Positions 1 to 13,310 of a stretch of 64,000 bases of DNA are shown here, in pieces. The translations under genes were made by a program, and so were the position numbers. The stretch comes from Octopus sinensis. Taxonomy: Eukaryota. A model generated the notes under the pieces. That model ran no database searches and was not told the origin of the DNA. It saw nothing but the letters and a program-made list of their open reading frames with translations. The stretch spans positions 17,732,001 through 17,796,000 of the forward strand of contig NC_043004.1 in NCBI RefSeq assembly GCF_006345805.1, in the 5' to 3' direction. Each line of letters begins with the position of its first letter. Position 1 is the stretch's first letter.

Positions 1-574
1 ATAAAAAAATAAAAGAATATGTATATAGTCAACAGATGACCTTCAGAGATTCTCTCTTAGCAGCGCTCAAATGATTCAAACATAGATTCCGCTGTCTGTA
101 CAGAGGTTCAATTCCACGGGGTAAAGGCTGGCTACAAGAGGGATCAAGTTGAGCAGATATGGAGGCAGTTATGCGGATAAACATATTAGATTTATTAAAT
201 ATAACAGTTTGGGTATGAAATACAAAATATTTATATAAGTACACATGCAAAACGAGAGGAAGCAAAAGGTGGAGAGTTGTTGAACGATGAACATTCAAGT
301 ATAAATATATAAGATTCCATCTTTGAAATTATCTGCATTATTATCTGAAATGTAAGATCTTTTCTACCCTGACGACGGAGGCTCGGTTTAGTCAATGTTG
401 TTTGCTTCCATTACGACTCCATATTGTGATTAATTACATCTATCAACATTATTATGGATCTCTGAGCCCCTAGAAACAGCCGATGGACTTATAACAACAT
501 TCATCTTCCCCGTTAATTTTCTCTGTCGTTTGTGCCTTGTGTAATATATATGTATATATTTCCCAAACAACTTT

Positions 575-615
<41 letters not shown>

Positions 616-816
616 ACATATATACATACAATATTAGATATGTACATATATACACAAGGGCACTACACGAGCACTAACTTCGCTAATGAATAGAAGTAAA
701 AAATACTTCTGTACCACCGAATAGTCACAAGTCCATTATAGACTTGATAGGAAAAAATTTCAGTGAACAATTATAAAGTCTTACCTCTACTGGGTCAGAA
801 CAAGTAAATACTGGTC

Positions 817-879
817 AACTTGGTACTGGTTTCGAAATTTAGCATCAAATAGGTGCCTGATTTCTCATCAGCCAAAGTT
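817..879 (-). ncRNA. Type I hammerhead ribozyme motif (minimal stem III, PLE-like)
   Basis: Minus strand reads aactttgg CTGATGA gaaat..atttc GAAA ccag TA ccaagtt. The core is intact, stem II is gaaat/atttc, stem I is aact-t-tgg/ccaagtt, and the cleavage triplet is GUA. Confidence 0.7.
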
Positions 880-964
880 TGCCAGCTAATTACTATTAAA
901 ATTCTGCCCCTGTACGGCTGATAATTCACTTGCCACTCGTGATGGTATTTTAATAATACCATCC

Positions 965-1010
<46 letters not shown>

Positions 1011-1279
1011 GTTTAAATATTTATTGGCTAAATTGGCAATATGACCATTCCGAAATATAACAATATATATATATATATATATATAGATAGATAGATAAGA
1101 AAGTTTGTTTGGTATTTCTTTAAAAAGTATAAAATTATATCATTTTAAGGAAAGGAAAAAAAATTTTTCCAATATTCTCCAGACATTTTGACGCAAATAT
1201 ATATATTTTTTAACATTTAAGCCTTCTGTCGTTTTTTCACTCTTTACTATTTTCTTATATATATATATATAAATTTTTT

Positions 1280-1720
1280 TCGAAAAATTTTATCCTATAT
1301 TAGATGTAAATTTAATACTATTCACTTCCGGACTCTCTCACTCTATGAGAATTTTCAGTCCGATCACACGTGTCTCGAAGTGTGCTAGAGAATTTCTATT
1401 TTGGATATATTTGAGGTACTTAAGTATACACATGACTTAGTGTTTACTTCTTTCATGGGTATAAGTAAGTATTTCATTTATTTCTTACCGTTTATATCGC
1501 TGACGAGGAGAAAATTCTTATGAATTAACTCTGAAATCGGGACCGATACGATAATAACGGAATTTTTAAGAAATTTCTGTCAGTTTACTTCGAGACACGT
1601 GCTTATGGTGATGAATTATATGGTTATTGACGATTTAAGTCTATTTTCGGCATATTTGGCATTAGAAATTTTTCCTTTTGCCTTTGTTTATATGTTGTGT
1701 GTATATAATATATATATATA
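1280..1720 (+). mobile_element. Diverged copy of ~500-bp HHR-bearing repeat family (cf. 40141-41175)
   Basis: Collinear shared blocks with 40831-41175: ttttatcc, ttcacttc, cacacgtg, catgggt, gtaagtatttcatttatttctta, HHR, ttgacgat. Confidence 0.75.
1488..1560 (+). ncRNA. Type I hammerhead ribozyme
   Basis: ccgtt-ta-tatcg CTGACGA ggag-aa-aattc-ttat-gaatt-aa-ctct GAAA tcg-ggac-cga TA cgata-at-aacgg. All core nucleotides and three stems are present; predicted cleavage is after A1548. Confidence 0.85.
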
Positions 1721-1926
1721 TATATATGACCTCCCTTGTTCGAAGGTTATAATGGACACAGTTTGTGTGTCAAATAGCTAGCTTAAGGCGATGGCCTCAT
1801 GGAGCTAATCAGCGACAGCTTTAGTCTTATATCTATAAGACTGCCATATTAATATGGCGATAACAATTAATTTCCAGTAACGCTGCCGTAATCTCTTTTA
1901 GAGAGACTTAGTAATTTTAATATTTC

Positions 1927-1992
<66 letters not shown>

Positions 1993-3458
1993 TGCTCAGC
2001 TGGAATCTATTTTCGCGACCCCGAAAGGACGAAAGACAGTATTGTCCCATCGGAATTTGGACACAAAACGTGAAGGCTCGATAAAATAAGTTGCAGTCTT
2101 GCAAAGGGGCTGATATGATCGATGATTCCCTTGCCCTAAATTGCCAGAAATAGGTAGTCGTTTTGGGATTTTGACGTAGGCGCAGACGAAGCTGTGTGAT
2201 TAAGATGCTCACTTTTCAACAACGTGGTTTCGAGGTTCAATCCCACTTCACAACTATCTTGAACAAGTATCTTCGTCTATACACAAGTATCTTCGTTGCC
2301 TTGTGTGAATTGTGAATTTAAAAGACAGAAACTGTGTTGAAGCCCTTCGTGTGTATATGTATACACACGCATATATATTTCTTATACTTCTTTTATATGT
2401 TTCAGCCCAAAGACTGTGGCCATGCTGGAGCACATGTATGTCAACAAACACACACACAAAGATATGTATGCGATTTCAGCAATACGCTGAAATTGATTCA
2501 ATAAGCCGCCAAAACTCTTATTAAATTTAGTTTTTGTTCCAGCGTTAGAATCAGTCGTGTCAAAGAATAAACATTGAAACCTCCAAGAACTTGAAATTCC
2601 AACCTTAACAAGTATGGGAGGTTGTACTGATTGTCATGTATGTGTATATTTCTATCTAAAGGCAAGTTCTTGAACATGAGAGCTAATCAAAAACTTGAAT
2701 TTAAAAGAGAAATGATATTGAATTTTCAGCAAATTAATTTTTTTAAAAAGTTGTTTCCCTCTTTTAAACAAAATGTTGAACAGGTATTTAGAAAAAAAAA
2801 TGATATTTCTCTCTATTAAACTAAATAATAGAAATGATAAAGTTAGTCGAATATTGAAGCACTACAAGTAGCTAATGCAGTTTCGTGTTACATCTAACTT
2901 TATCTCAATTATTTTTTTATCCCTAAAATGTTCAGTTGTTCTGTATTATACTCGTGTTTGCTACAATTTCAGAAATCCAATCTTATTTTCAATCCGAAGC
3001 TTCCGAAATAACAAATAATGATTTCTGAAAGGAGTAAACAAAAAGGAAGAAAAATAGGAAAAAAAGTGATATTCCATAATTGTCTCATGTAATCTCAAGG
3101 GAATATTCATCCAGTGATGTGTTCCAGTAAAATCTAATTGACGTGTCTAAGAGTAGAAAGATAACACTTCTCAAAGAATATCTTCTGAGGATTCTCTTCG
3201 TCTCTTTTTCTATTTCTAAATCTTTATGCTTATTTCTACCGTTTACTTGGTTTCTATATCGCTATTAAGATGCTTGGTATATAAAATGCTATTAAGCAAT
3301 TATTAGGATGTGATCTCTCTCTCTCTCGTCTTCTCTCCCCTATTTCCTCTCTGTTTATGTATGTGTATATATATATATATATAATATATATATATATATG
3401 TATACACATATACATATCTATATACACACACACACACACCACACACACACACACACAC

Positions 3459-3533
<75 letters not shown>

Positions 3534-3544
3534 TTATGAGGGGA

Positions 3545-4759
3545 CATACCTTTTTGGGGTCATTGCTACATTTTTGCTAATTCTGTATAATCTTTGTTTC
3601 AGAAAATAATAATGGCAGACCCTCAGCTTTAAGAAATGAAGAGGCATGCTATTATTGTGATTATAAAGGCTGAGCATAGCGATTTAGAAATATTTCGATG
3701 TTTTAAAGTTGCCAGATCTTTCGTTTACAAAGTTTGTAAGGAGCTAGCGACTGAAGATGGAAACGTATCACCAGTATCAAAGCCTAAAAAGCATTCTACT
3801 TGCTCTGAAATCATCAGAACACCCGAATTCATCCAACAACTTCAATAAGCCCTTGATTACAACCCCAGAAAGTCCATGAAGTCAATTGCAAAAGATTTCA
3901 TGTGTCTGAAGGAACAGTCAGAAATGTTGTTTACGAAATTAGGAAAGTTCAATTTGTTAGAAAAAGCAAAAGAAAATCACTACATCAGATCTAAAAGGTT
4001 CTTAAACAAACTGAAAAATCCAGCAGAAGAAGATTTGATTTGGTTTTTCTCAAACGAGAAAAACTTCGATCAAGATAAAAAAAGTTAACAGAAAAAATGA
4101 CAGAGGGTTATGTGCAGACTTTTCTAAAGTTCCAAGTGTTATGCATGCAAAATTTCCTGCAACTGTCATGGTTTTACGGACTGTCAGCTATGAAGGACAT
4201 GTGATGCCTCCATACTTCTTTCCACAAGGCCTTAGAGTTAACTCTGTCGCCTACATTGAGGTTCTGGAAACAATTGTTAAGCCCTGGATAGGTCAGTGTA
4301 TGCAATAGAAGGGCGTGTGTGGTTCATTAAGACACTGCACTATCACACATGGCTCTAGTAAAAGGAATGGATGGCTGAACATTTTCATGACCACATAACT
4401 CCTAACATTTGACCTCCTAATTCCCCAGATCTCGATCCATTGAACTATTACATGTGAAGCGTTGTTGAGAGAGGTCAATGAACATGCCCATAACACCAAA
4501 GATTTTTTGAAAGCTACCATAGTCAGAGCAATGTCCAAAATGAACCAGGATCACTTGATTCGAGCTTGTAGATGATTTAGATCTCATATAGTAGTTGTTG
4601 AAGCTGAACGTGGCTTTATTGAATAACATTATAGAAAAGAAGGTTTATTTTTATCTTCATAGGATTTTTCGATAAATTAAGTTATCATATATATGATATG
4701 TTATCATATATGAATTTTATAATCATAAATCTGTTCTCAAATATCTTACGCATCCTGTA
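3545..4759 (+). mobile_element. Degenerate Tc1/mariner transposon (maT/DD37D-like)
   Basis: Broken ORFs MKRHAIIV..., WFFSNEKNFDQDKK, FFPQGLRVNSVAYIEVLETIVKPW and a decayed WPPSSPDLNPLDY-like motif. The right TIR reads cagg on the minus strand with a TA flank at 4754-4759; the left end is uncertain. Confidence 0.85.
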
Positions 4760-5279
4760 TATAGGAGTAAATGTAAAGACAAGCAAGTTAGGCAATTCGA
4801 TATATGAAAAATATTAACTACATTATTAACCCTAACCCGAAATCTATTTTCTTCTCTCACTACTCTCTATCTAACCCCACCAACTCCTAATACACTTACT
4901 TCTCCATAAAATCATTCCATCTTTAAACTTCATTCTATCAACACCTCAAATGTAAAATTCTTCCCTGGAGACGGAGGCTGGTGGTATTCGATGATGAAAT
5001 CAATTTACAATCATTATTTTGGACAATCAAGCCCCCAGAAGCAGCTATTGGACTCGTAAAACTTTTACTCAACCCCTTTAATTCCTGATATCATTTATAT
5101 TCTGTGTAAATCGGACTTTTTTATATGCATACATACGTATATTTTATGCATTAGACGTATTTAATATTTTTTGTATATCAATTTGTTTCACTAGCTTGTC
5201 CTTGCGTTTACAACTTTACCCGTTCAAGTTCAAATCTTTTGAGCACTACGAAGTGCACTCTATACAGAGAATACTTGTC

Positions 5280-5405
<126 letters not shown>

Positions 5406-5966
5406 TTCTATCTCCTGTTGCTCAAACGTGACCATCGTCCATCTTTCCTTTCCTCACGTGACCATCTTTCCTTTTCTGCACGACGTTCAAAGGACTGGAC
5501 GTTTTTTCTCTCTCTTCTATCTCTTCTCTTTCGAGAGAAAATATTTCTACCAGCGTTCACTATTTTCCTCTCTTCGTGGTCTAACGACACTTCATGTTTG
5601 TTTTCGTTCAGTTTTCTAGTATGTCTTCACTGTTCTGTTTTTACCCCAACTTTGACCCTCCATAAATCCTAAATTTTATTTTAGAATTTATGGGAGCAAC
5701 TGTCTTTGAAGACTCATATTGTCGTTGAATGCTCGAAATGAGGAGTAGATAGACAGCCGACAACTGATGAAGGGTCGTTTCTCTCTCTTTACTTGTCCTG
5801 TTTTCTATTTTTCTCTCTCGTTGCTTACGTATTTAACTCATTTGTCTACGTATTTCATGTTGTTTACACAGTTGGTGACGTCTTGTACCCATATATGCAT
5901 ATATATTATTTATTATTATATATACATACATATACGTATACACACACATGTATGTATGTATGTATG

Positions 5967-5998
<32 letters not shown>

Positions 5999-6839
5999 TG
6001 TGTATGTATGTATGTATGTATGTATGTGTGTGTGTACTTATGTATAAACCTTTTCGGCAAAATTCATAATATATTTAGCGTGAATATACTTTATTCTGAA
6101 ATAAAGTAACTTCTAGCCTGTTGATTTTTATTTCAGAGGACGTCTCGGTGACAGTCCATGCTTAGGTGTAATTGCATCAGAATAACTTTGTACATTTGAA
6201 AAATACGATATAAAATTATTCTCTTTTTACAGAAACGGAATCGAATTCCTCGAAGTGGCAACGTAGTGTTATGTAATCCAATAAAATCAATACTTAACAT
6301 TTCTTTATTATTCAATCAGGGAAAAGAGGAAAATTAGCAGAACCAATACAGTAAGGGACAAAAGGTTTTGCGTTTTTTACACTAATTACTCTTTTTAAAG
6401 TTATAAGTTAAATCTCACCATGATCCACATTGCCTTACATTTATATTCGATAAAATAATGTGCTAATCAAATTCTGAAGATCAATCACATCTATGACATT
6501 CTCCAACTGTCGGAGTATTGAAGTATTGAATCCATGGTAGAATTCCTTCTTTATTTAGTGACGGTGGTGTGGTCGGCCTGGGGTTATAGTAAAAGACACT
6601 TGTCCAAGGTGCTGCTCATTGAGACTGAACTCGAAACCACGCGGTTGCAAAGCTAGCTCCTTAACCACATAGCAATGCATTTTATATAATATCTAGTTTT
6701 ACACTCTCTTGTCATATCAAATATATCATATGCATAACACTTTCCTTTACACAGAATTTCATTTTGACGTCAACTATCCACTGTGTTCGACTAAAAATAC
6801 CTCCAATTTTCATTTCTATAATTTTCTGTTTATTGACAG

Positions 6840-7002
6840 GACTGATAGGAGTTTTCGGAAATGGCATTGTACTATCCATGTTCTCTATATACAAAGCATT
6901 GAGAACGCCGACCAATACGTTGTTTATTAATCTGGCTGTTAATGACATTGGGATGTGTCTTTGTCTCTTCCCAATTGCAGGGATATCAAGTTTTAAACGA
7001 GT
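6840..7002 (+). CDS. RRH: Peropsin-like opsin, internal exon (end TM1-TM2)
   Basis: Acceptor ttctgtttattgacag|G (phase 1) and donor GT|gtaagt (phase 2). Translates (G)LIGVFGNGIVLSMFSIYKALRTPTNTLFINLAVNDIGMCLCLFPIAGISSFKR(V), matching the peropsin motif YKxLRTPTNxxxINLAVxDIG. Confidence 0.9.
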
Positions 7003-7189
7003 GTAAGTTTTTGCATGTTTTCCTTATTCTCCATTTTTCTTTTCCTTATTCTCCATTTTTGTCTTTCTTCTCCAAACTTTTCATTCTATTTCTTTTTTGT
7101 TTCACTTTTTGTCTTAATTCCTTTTTTTTATAATTGATTTTATCCGCACATCGATGTCTAACGGTACAAATATACCCAGAACGCATATG

Positions 7190-7615
7190 AGCCACTTGGC
7201 ACAGCAGTTTTGGCGCCGACTGTTTGGCATCATTGAGTAGCCGCTGACCTATTTGACATCAGACGTATTAATATTTCGTTCCCTCTTCTCTCTCTCTCTT
7301 TCTCTCTCCCTTCTCTGCCTCTCACTCTCTGTATGTGTTTATAAGTGTAAGCATACGCCTGTATGTGGGAGGAAAAGTGTCTATGTCAGTCGTGTTCAAT
7401 TAGTCATTATATTTTCTCTCTCCCTTCTCTCTCTCTCTCATTCTTTTTATTTCTGTGTATATATGTATATATTTCTGCGTGTGTGCCTGTATGTCAGCGT
7501 GTTTTTGTCTCTGTGTGTATGGCTGTGTATATATGAGTGTGTGTGTGTGTGCGTTTGTCTGTCTCCGATGCCAAAATGTACCGCCGCCGTCGAGTCAGCT
7601 GTGCCAAACGATATC
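7190..7615. mobile_element. Non-autonomous TIR element (MITE), family unassigned
   Basis: Ends ttggcacagc...gctgtgccaa are inverted. The left end recurs at 25560-25650. Confidence 0.55.
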
Positions 7616-8094
7616 ATTCAGAGTCATAGCAACGTGTGGTCCTAGCAATATGAAGGAAGAATACGAAGACCAGCTACAGCTGAATAGAGCAATTCTCTTT
7701 AACAAGCTGCGGGACATTTATACAACTAGGAAGGTGAAAACCAGCGGAAAATGCAACTTCGGTAACAATGATAATAGTGGACCGTATGACATTTTATGAC
7801 TTTTAGTGGACTCCATTACGGATCGAATGAAAATTCATAAACTTGCTTTTAAAGGAATAATTACAATCCAATTATTGTAAAAAAACAACAACAACAACAA
7901 AAAACTGGCAATCGTTGGAGTAATGCAAATAAGCATTTAGGAAACTGTTACAATATCTTTTATGCTTTACTTATTTCGGTCATTGGGCTGCGGCCATACT
8001 GGAGCAAGGCCTTGTAATGGTCAGTCGAACAAAATGATTCCATATCACCAAATGAGAGTTTGAAAACTGATCCTGATTATTCTTTTTTTTTATT

Positions 8095-8327
8095 CTTTTA
8101 TTTGTTTCAGTCATTTGACTGTGGCCATGCTGGAGCACCGCCTTTAGTCGAGCAAATCGAACCCCAGGACTTATTCTTTGTAAGCCTAGTACTTATTCTA
8201 TCGGTCTTGCTTGCCGAACCGCTAAGTTACGGGGACGTAAACACACCAGCATCGGTTGTCCAGTGATGTTGCGGGGACAAACACAGACACTCAAACATAT
8301 ACACACACGCACACACACACGCACGCA

Positions 8328-8359
<32 letters not shown>

Positions 8360-8545
8360 TACACATATATATATATATATACGACGGGTTTCTTTCAGTT
8401 TCCGTCTACCAAATCCACTCACAAGCCTTTGGTTGGCCCGAGGCTATAGTAGAAGACACTTGCGTAAGGTGCCACGCAATGGGACTGAACCCGGTACCAT
8501 GCGGTTGGTAAGCAAACTACTTCCCACACAGCCACTCATACGCCT
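8095..8545 (-). mobile_element. tRNA-derived SINE with CORE-like block and internal (CA)n/(TA)n
   Basis: Minus-strand tRNA-like head tggctgtgtgg...ggttcagtccc followed by a ccttgggcaag-type block. Many copies occur in the window (about 10615-11075 +, 18275-18652 -, 23225-23650 -, 27455-27870 -, 31235-31520 -, 33990-34355 -, 47445-47840 -, 55220-55590 -, 61820-62080 -). Confidence 0.85.
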
Positions 8546-8872
8546 AATAGCTTTTACTATTTTCAAGCTGAAAATATTTGGAGGATCACAAGATCACTAG
8601 CGCCATTGCTATAACACGCATTATGGTCGTCTAGTTGGCAAGTTCTCTTTGCCATCATAAGGCTCTAGTTATGGTCTCATGGATTGGCACCATGGAGAGT
8701 TCGACGCAAGAGTTTTATATGACAGTGAAATACTTAACCTATCATATTCTGGCTCAATGAGTAGTTGACTCAGTTGTTCGAACAACTGAATGCTCGTCGT
8801 CGAGACCGACGGAAGTTCCACCATGCATATAATATGAAGTGTAAAATATATCAACTCCGACACTACCTATTG

Positions 8873-9384
8873 TATACTAGCACTATAACCCAGCGTTGCC
8901 GGATCTAGTGCTAATGATTGTTGTTCGTTGCCGGGTCGCAGTAAAAGTTTCTCACTCAATCAAGAGCTAAGTTTCTTATCACATTTCAGCCCGGGCCAGT
9001 TTTGCTGTTTATGAGCTAGTTGGAGCTTTTTATGAGAGTAGTTAATATTCATTGGACTTCGGTTTTCACACCTGAAACGGCATAATCATGGAAAATTAGC
9101 GGGACTGTGCACATGCCATTAGTCGGACAAAAAAGGAGGCAGAAGAAAGCGAAAAACTCGAATTTGACCGTAAAATAACTTATGGGCATAAGGGGTCGGT
9201 TTATCGATTTTTTAATGGCTTTCTGGAGAGACTGGAGAAATGAAAAGATCTTCACAACCACCTTCAGACAGTTTTGAAAGCCCATAGAAAATGCGAGCCT
9301 TTTACGTGAAAAACTGTGGATTTGTATAAAGGACACACAGACACACAGATACAGATACATTTTGCCGTTTATAGATATAGAGAT
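8873..9384 (+). mobile_element. Helentron/HINE (DINE-1-like) non-autonomous element
   Basis: 5' tatactagca..acccagcgttgccgg and 3' acagacacacagatacagatacattttgccgtttatagatatagagat resemble typical HINE termini. Confidence 0.55.
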
Positions 9385-9789
9385 TATTTTAGCTTTCATT
9401 GTGATCACACTTAAAAGGGTCAATGAATTTCAATGGACGTATAGTATTGCTTAAATTGCATCGTGATAGAGTCAATATTAACAATACATAAAACAGTTAC
9501 ACCACTTTTATTAATTATTCTTACTTTTATGATGATAGAGTATGACGTATATGACTTATATAACTATATACTGATATTACACTTTATTATAAAACTTCAA
9601 TTCCCAACCTATGAGAAAGACAGATAATGATAATGTGGATCAGATGTAAAAGACTTTGATATAAAACAATGAAGTTATTGTCGTCGACGTTGTCATCGTC
9701 ATCATCATAATCATCATCGTTATTGAGTGAGATAACAGCGCATGCCATCAAAGTGACACTAGGGTACAAATATACCCATCACAACATTC

Positions 9790-9820
9790 TTGTTGTTGTT
9801 GCTGTTGTTGTTGTTGTTGC

Positions 9821-9905
<85 letters not shown>

Positions 9906-9925
9906 ATTATTATTATTATTATTAA
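9790..9925. repeat. (TTG)n-(ATT)n microsatellite
   Basis: Direct trinucleotide runs; source of the poly-V and poly-L ORFs. Confidence 0.95.
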
Positions 9926-10088
9926 TGTTTATGGTTTATGGCTACGTTCTGAGTTCAAATTCCGCCAAGGTCGACTTCGCCTTTCATCCTTTCGGGCTCA
10001 ATTAAATAAGTACCACTTACGCACTGGAGTCGATGTAATCAACTTAACCCCTTTTCCCAAGATCTGAGGCCTTATACTTCCAGTAGGA

Positions 10089-10130
<42 letters not shown>

Positions 10131-10614
10131 GTTGTTGTTGTTGTTATTATTGTTGTTGTTGTTGTTGTTGTTATTAGTAGTAGTAATCGTAGTAGTAGTA
10201 TGATGGATTTGCACAATCGTTAGAGGATCGAACAAAATGCCTTGTGATATTTAGTTACGGCTCCTTACTTTCTGAAAATAAGGTACCAGTCAAATATTGT
10301 GGTCGATTTTTTGCCTTGAGCCGAAATTTGAAACGACGATTTTTATCGCGATGGATAAGGTAGATTCATTAAAGTGTCGGACAAAAAGAGTTGCGTTATT
10401 TGTTTCTGCTCCTTTCGATCCGAGTTCAAATTTTGTCGAACATAATTTTGCTTCTTAATCCTTTAAGGTCAATAAGATAAAATGCCAGTCAAGTATTGCG
10501 ATCGACGGTACTGATTCCTTCTTCTAAAAATTGTTGTCTAAATTAGAATTACGAGAACTATTTTTATTATTGGTACTGAAATTTACAACGGAGTATACCC
10601 AAAGATTTTAGCAA

Positions 10615-10788
10615 TAGGCGCAGGAGTGGCTGTGTAGTAAGTAGCTTGCTTGCCAACCACATGGTTCCGAGTTCATTCCCCCTGCGTAGCACCTTGGGCA
10701 AGTGTCTTCTACTATAGCCTCAGACCGACCAAGGCATTGTGAGTGGATTTAGTAGACAGAAACTGAAAAGAAGCCCGTCGTATATATG

Positions 10789-10856
<68 letters not shown>

Positions 10857-11075
10857 ATATGTTTGTGTGTCTGTGTTTGTCCCCCTCCCCAACATCGCTT
10901 GACAACTGATGTCGGTGTGTTTACATCCACGTAACTTAGCAGTTCGGCAAAAGAGACTGATAGAATAAGTACTAGGCTTCCAAAGAATAAGTCCTGGGGT
11001 CGATTTGCTCGACTAAAGGCGGTGTTCCAGCATGGCCGCAGTCAAATGACTGAAACAAGTAAAGAGAGAGATCCA
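10615..11075 (+). mobile_element. tRNA-derived CORE-like SINE, near full length
   Basis: aggcgcaggagtggctgtgtagtaag head, B-box-like gagttcattcc, ccttgggcaag block and family tail. Confidence 0.85.
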
Positions 11076-11275
11076 GATGAAGACGATTGGGCGCGATAGT
11101 TTGGACGACGAGGATTTGACACGGCTAGCTGGACAATGAATTTGTTTTGGCGATAGTGACTCTTGGGATTTGAGGCAAATATGCACGTGCGCGCAGAAAT
11201 AAGTACTAACAGGTTGTATGAAAAAAAAAGGAAAGGCATTACACATTCATACAAACATAACAAAATGAGAGAGAA

Positions 11276-11308
<33 letters not shown>

Positions 11309-11373
11309 AAGAGAAGAGAAATTTATTACATACATGAGATAAGTATCACTACTAGATTATTATATATTAATAC

Positions 11374-11705
11374 TATTGGGTTGTCCGGAAAGTTCGTGCC
11401 GATTTTTAAAGGAAAGAAAAAGGTCAATAAATACTTGCCATTACATTTTAATCAACCAAATATGAGCCATTTTGTTGCACAATGCGTCTCCATCTTTCCT
11501 TTAACTTGAAAATACCCACTTCCCAGAATTGAAGTGGTTTCATGGCAAAGAATTTATCAAAGTATCTTTTTACGTCGTCCAAGGAATTGAAATTTTTTAC
11601 CGTTAAGACTATTTTGCAGAGACCTGAATAAGTGGAAATCCGAAGGAGCAATATCTGGTGAATATGGAGGGAGGGGTAACACATCCCAGCCGAGCTGCGG
11701 CAATT
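11374..11705 (-). mobile_element. Mariner (DD34D) transposase 3' fragment with TIR
   Basis: LGWDVLPLPPYSPDIAPSDFHLFRSLQNSL and ...RWRRIVQQNGSYLVD*. TIR ta-ttgggttgtccggaaag at 11374. Confidence 0.9.
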
Positions 11706-12039
11706 TTTGTCTGGTCCCCCCCCCCATACACACACACAACACACATGACGATCTTGAATTGTTTCCATGAATCAAATTCACTCACAAGGGGTTGGTCGGG
11801 CCAGCGCTATAGAAAAAGATACCTGCCCATGGTGCCGCACATTGAGACTGAACCAGAAACTATCTGCTTGCAAACCAACCATCTTAGCCACACAGCCATG
11901 TCTACGCCTATGATAGAGAAGATGTTGAAAGTTATCCGTAAGTGAAAATCAAAAGGAATAAAGAAAAATGTAGACTTATAGCAGTGCAGCAAATATATCC
12001 CCGCGTAATTTTTGTCCACTCTGCAGCTAGATGTTAACT

Positions 12040-12900
12040 AGCTTATATGTCTGGAAGACAGTCTTGGAATAAACATAGAGGAACCTTGTGTTATTGAATA
12101 TATACAAAAACATCAACACAAGGAATGTTGGTAGAACATTCCCATGAAAACTTCTGTCAAGTGTAAACATAAGAGGCGGAATATTGTTGCTTGGGATAGA
12201 TAAGAAAAAAGTATGTACCGTTATAGAAGACAGCTGTGCTGCTGATGTGACCATCTCTTTCAAATATCAAAGAGAAAAAAAAGATAATTACGGATAGTTG
12301 CTTCGAAAACTTTAGTTTCTCAGATCATAAATTCACACTTATACGAATAATAATTGGTGCACTTGGTTCAGTCAATAGATGGCTAAATTGTAATCGAGAT
12401 GAATTGAGATTTTCAGATGAAGAAATGAAGCAGCTAACTCGTATATCAGAAATACGTGGAGGCGCAATGGCCCAGTGGTTAGGGTAGCGGACTCGCGGTC
12501 ATAGGATCGCGGTTTCGATTCCTAGACCGGGCGTTGTGAGTGTTTATTGAGCGAAAACACCTAAAAGCTCCACGAGGCTCCGGCAGGGGATGGTGGTGAT
12601 CCCTGCTGTACTCTTTCAGCACAACTTTCTCTCGCTCTTACTTCCTGTTTCTGTTGTACCTGTATTTCAAGGGGCCGGCCTTGTCACTCTCTGTGTCACG
12701 CTGAATATCTCCAAGAACTACGTTAAGGGTGCACGTGTCTGTGGAGTGCTCAGCCACTTACACGTTAATTTCATGAGCAGGCTGTTCCGTTGATTCGGAT
12801 CACCCGGAACCCTCATCGTCGTAACCGACGGAGAGCTTCCATCATCAGAAATACAATCTCTAAGTGGAACAGTAAAAATATGGAACACTTTTCTCAAGTT
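12040..12900 (+). mobile_element. 3' remnant of an RLE-endonuclease non-LTR retrotransposon (R4/Dong/NeSL-like)
   Basis: Degenerate frames give ...KKVCTVIEDSCAADVTISFK...DNYG, IIIGALGSV and QSLSGTVKIWNTFLKF*, typical of the RLE C-terminus. It is interrupted by a SINE. Confidence 0.65.
12456..12843 (+). mobile_element. Full-length tRNA-derived SINE with 11-bp TSD
   Basis: A box tggcccagtgg and B box gtttcgattcc; TSD atcagaaatac at 12445-12455 and 12844-12854. Other copies lie near 32470-32850 and, partially, 28845-29250. Confidence 0.9.
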
Positions 12901-13012
12901 TAAAACGTGACATAGTTTTTGTTATCTACATTCAAACGATGGGGCTTTGGGTCTTTGTTAGAAACCAGAGGAAGATTTCAAATAATTAAAAACAGAAGAG
13001 ATCCTACAAATA

Positions 13013-13215
13013 TACGAGGGGGTCCAGAAAAGTCCCTGGCTGTCGCGAAAGACCTGGTTGGGGGCTCAACCTTCCGAGTTCTTTTACAGGGCTTAGAAAA
13101 AGTAAAGGACCGCTGCAATAAGTGTGTGAATCTGAGAGGGGAGTATGTTAAATGAAATCATAATTGACTGATCCTCTTTTACCCAGAGCCAGGAACTTTT
13201 CAGCAAACCCTCGTG
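13013..13215 (+). mobile_element. Internally deleted mariner (MITE)
   Basis: TIRs tacgaggg..aaaagt..ctggct / agccagg..actttt..ccctcg. Internal LQGLEKVKDRCNKCVNLRGEYVK* matches the mariner C-terminus. Confidence 0.8.
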
Positions 13216-13310
13216 CATGAAAAGAAAGTAGAGCATATATATAAAATGTATATTTTCTAGAAAATGGCTTGCGTACGTTAATTGACACTTCTCTTTCTTA
13301 TCTTTTTCAG

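Noticed and set aside
29-298. 89-aa minus-strand ORF at the window start
   Set aside because: No recognisable motif in any frame, and it cannot be tied to opsin exon 1.
5700-5770. HHR-like TTGAAGA…GAAA…agacag and a downstream CTGATGA
   Set aside because: Stem II and the cleavage triplet cannot be formed cleanly; at most a decayed PLE-end motif.
6755-6839. In-frame hydrophobic extension upstream of the opsin exon (…IPPIFISIIFCLLT)
   Set aside because: There is no in-frame ATG, it is the pyrimidine tract of a strong acceptor at 6838-6839, and the phase-1 Gly junction fits the expected peropsin intron.
12456-12530. Possible tRNA gene
   Set aside because: A/B boxes are present but there is no full cloverleaf; it continues into a SINE body with a TSD.
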